From positions 1 to 46,650 of IMG/VR virus record IMGVR_UViG_3300046710_000270: a stretch of DNA of 46,650 nt. One strand, given 5' to 3'. Every line of letters starts with the position of its first letter. Within the stretch, counting starts at the first letter, position 1. Made by a program: the position numbers and the translations under genes. Under the pieces are notes generated by a model, which was given only the letters and a program-made list of their open reading frames with translations, had not been told where the DNA came from and made no database searches. Source of the DNA: a virus (taxonomy: Duplodnaviria; Caudoviricetes). Of the stretch, positions 45,285-46,650 are shown piece by piece.

Positions 45285-45749
45285 ATGTCACTCGGTAAAC
45301 GGATCAGAGAATTTAGGGAGAGTAAGGGGCTGAAAGTGGCCCATTTTGCGGCTAAAGTAGGGGTATCTGGAGGCACGCTTTCGGATATTGAGAATGAGAA
45401 CACAAGTCCGCATGCCGAAACGTTGGAAAAATTAATTCGTAATACCGATATAGACCCGGCGTGGCTGTTTGAAAAAGAGACCTGGCCAGGTCAAACAAGC
45501 GACCGTGTCACGGGGTATAAATTTGATCTTGCGGCCGTCCCGTATGAGTCACGAGAACTGGTTAATGCCGTCGTTGAAATAATGGCGTCTGAGGATGAGA
45601 CGACGAAAGCCGCCCTCAAAATGAATGTGGCGGCTTTCAAGGAAGCGGTCTATAATAAAGGAGAGGTGAAGGCTTTGCGGCGGGATCTGGAGGCGATCAA
45701 AAAGGTTCTAAACCCCAGCGATTGTCCTACCGACGTGAAGGAAGAGTAA
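45285..45749 (+). CDS. XRE-family phage repressor
   Basis: LGKRIREFRE...FAAKVGVS.GTLSDIEN...P; AWL. Confidence 0.88.
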   Translation: MSLGKRIREFRESKGLKVAHFAAKVGVSGGTLSDIENENTSPHAETLEKLIRNTDIDPAWLFEKETWPGQTSDRVTGYKFDLAAVPYESRELVNAVVEIMASEDETTKAALKMNVAAFKEAVYNKGEVKALRRDLEAIKKVLNPSDCPTDVKEE

Positions 45750-45844
45750 TATATGGAGCATTTAATATATGAACGGACTTTTCGGTCATTTTGGCCTTTT
45801 CGACTGGTTCCTGATCTAGAATAGGAGAGCGGCGAGAGATATTT

Positions 45845-46501
45845 ATGGAGTTCGCACTGCTACTATGGTTGTTGTGTGGTATTGCGGCGGCGATGATCGG
45901 CGCGAAGAAGGGGGCGGGATGTCTCGGTTTTATACTCGGCGTAATTCTCGGGCCTTTCGGAATTCTTTTTGCCCTGGTGATGAAGGGAAACCGGAGGGTC
46001 TGCCCTCACTGTAAGGAACTAATCCATCAGGAAGCAACCACCTGCCCGCACTGTCAGCGGGACCTATCCGTGACGCCGGTAGATAAGGAGGCTGTGACAC
46101 AAGATGCGGTAGTGGTAGTAGAGGAGAAAGAGCCAGTGAACCTTGGAAAGTGGGGTATCGCTATTATTATAGGGGTGATCGCGGTTTTCTTAATTAGTTG
46201 GATCGCGAGCACACTCATTAATAAGAACCTTCAGGATGGCGGCGTGCCTGTATCAGGAAAAGAAGCCCTTGCGAAAAAAGAGCGGGCCGATCAGGAGTTT
46301 TTCACCCGGCAGCAGAACTACAATAAGATAAGTCTCTCCCAACATATATATTTGCCTAAAAGCGCCTTTGAGTCTGGCTTGTTCAAGGAGGCGAAGAATC
46401 ACCTCATACTGATGCCTGTCAATAGTCGGGAATGGATGCGAGAGGGTCAACAATTGATGGACAAAATACGGGAAATCGAGCAGCGGGCACCCACCAAATA
46501 A
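45845..46501 (+). CDS. Zinc-ribbon membrane protein (lysogeny-expressed accessory)
   Basis: Three TM segments and two CPHC motifs. Confidence 0.75.
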   Translation: MEFALLLWLLCGIAAAMIGAKKGAGCLGFILGVILGPFGILFALVMKGNRRVCPHCKELIHQEATTCPHCQRDLSVTPVDKEAVTQDAVVVVEEKEPVNLGKWGIAIIIGVIAVFLISWIASTLINKNLQDGGVPVSGKEALAKKERADQEFFTRQQNYNKISLSQHIYLPKSAFESGLFKEAKNHLILMPVNSREWMREGQQLMDKIREIEQRAPTK

Positions 46502-46574
46502 TATTCATCAAAACAACTTTGATTTTCCGCTCCGGGCACAGAAAGACAAATACCTGATAAATTCACCAAACCTC

Positions 46575-46618
46575 AGTTATAACAATAATCGACCCTTACG
46601 TTTTCGCACCCCCCTACA
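46575..46618 (-). repeat. Phage end (repressor side)
   Basis: Reverse complement reads TGTAGG, with TGTTATAACT about 34 nt inside, mirroring TGTTAAAACT at 151. Confidence 0.6.
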
Positions 46619-46650
46619 TTTTCTCAGTGTGCGTCCCACCGAGAAGTCAC

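Larger units (their letters stand above)
118..46618. mobile_element. Transposable (Mu/B3-like) siphophage genome, apparently complete
   Basis: Termini TGTAGG (118) and CCTACA (46613-46618); DDE transposase, ATPase, gam, gemA, mor and Mu-type head genes in the canonical order. Confidence 0.88.

Overview
The window appears to be an essentially complete (~46.5 kb, about 118-46618) transposable Mu/B3-like siphophage. It has TGTAGG...CCTACA termini and short, non-matching host flanks. Almost all genes are on the minus strand: early/transposition genes (ner-like, DUF3102-like, DDE transposase, ExeA-type ATPase, gam, thyX, gemA, mor), lysis, terminase, portal, gpF-like minor head protein, a protease/scaffold-capsid fusion, a ~9.5 kb accessory block, a non-contractile tail and a D12-class adenine methyltransferase. 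The repressor and a zinc-ribbon membrane protein are on the plus strand. Four things stand out. (1) The gpF-like minor head gene has an in-frame UGA where the conserved second Cys of INCxC should be, followed 11-12 nt later by a bacterial SECIS-like hairpin, making it a candidate phage-encoded structural selenoprotein. (2) There is a complete diversity-generating retroelement (Mtd-like target, TR, RT, no avd) with strongly A-to-G-biased changes. (3) Several families of 7-8-nt tandem-repeat/hairpin elements either sit in frame inside genes or lie inside tiny ORFs that are translationally coupled to both neighbours. (4) A late-operon cassette pairs several signal-peptide proteins with an O-antigen ligase/oligosaccharyltransferase-like gene. 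All calls come from reading the sequence by eye; no database searches were run.
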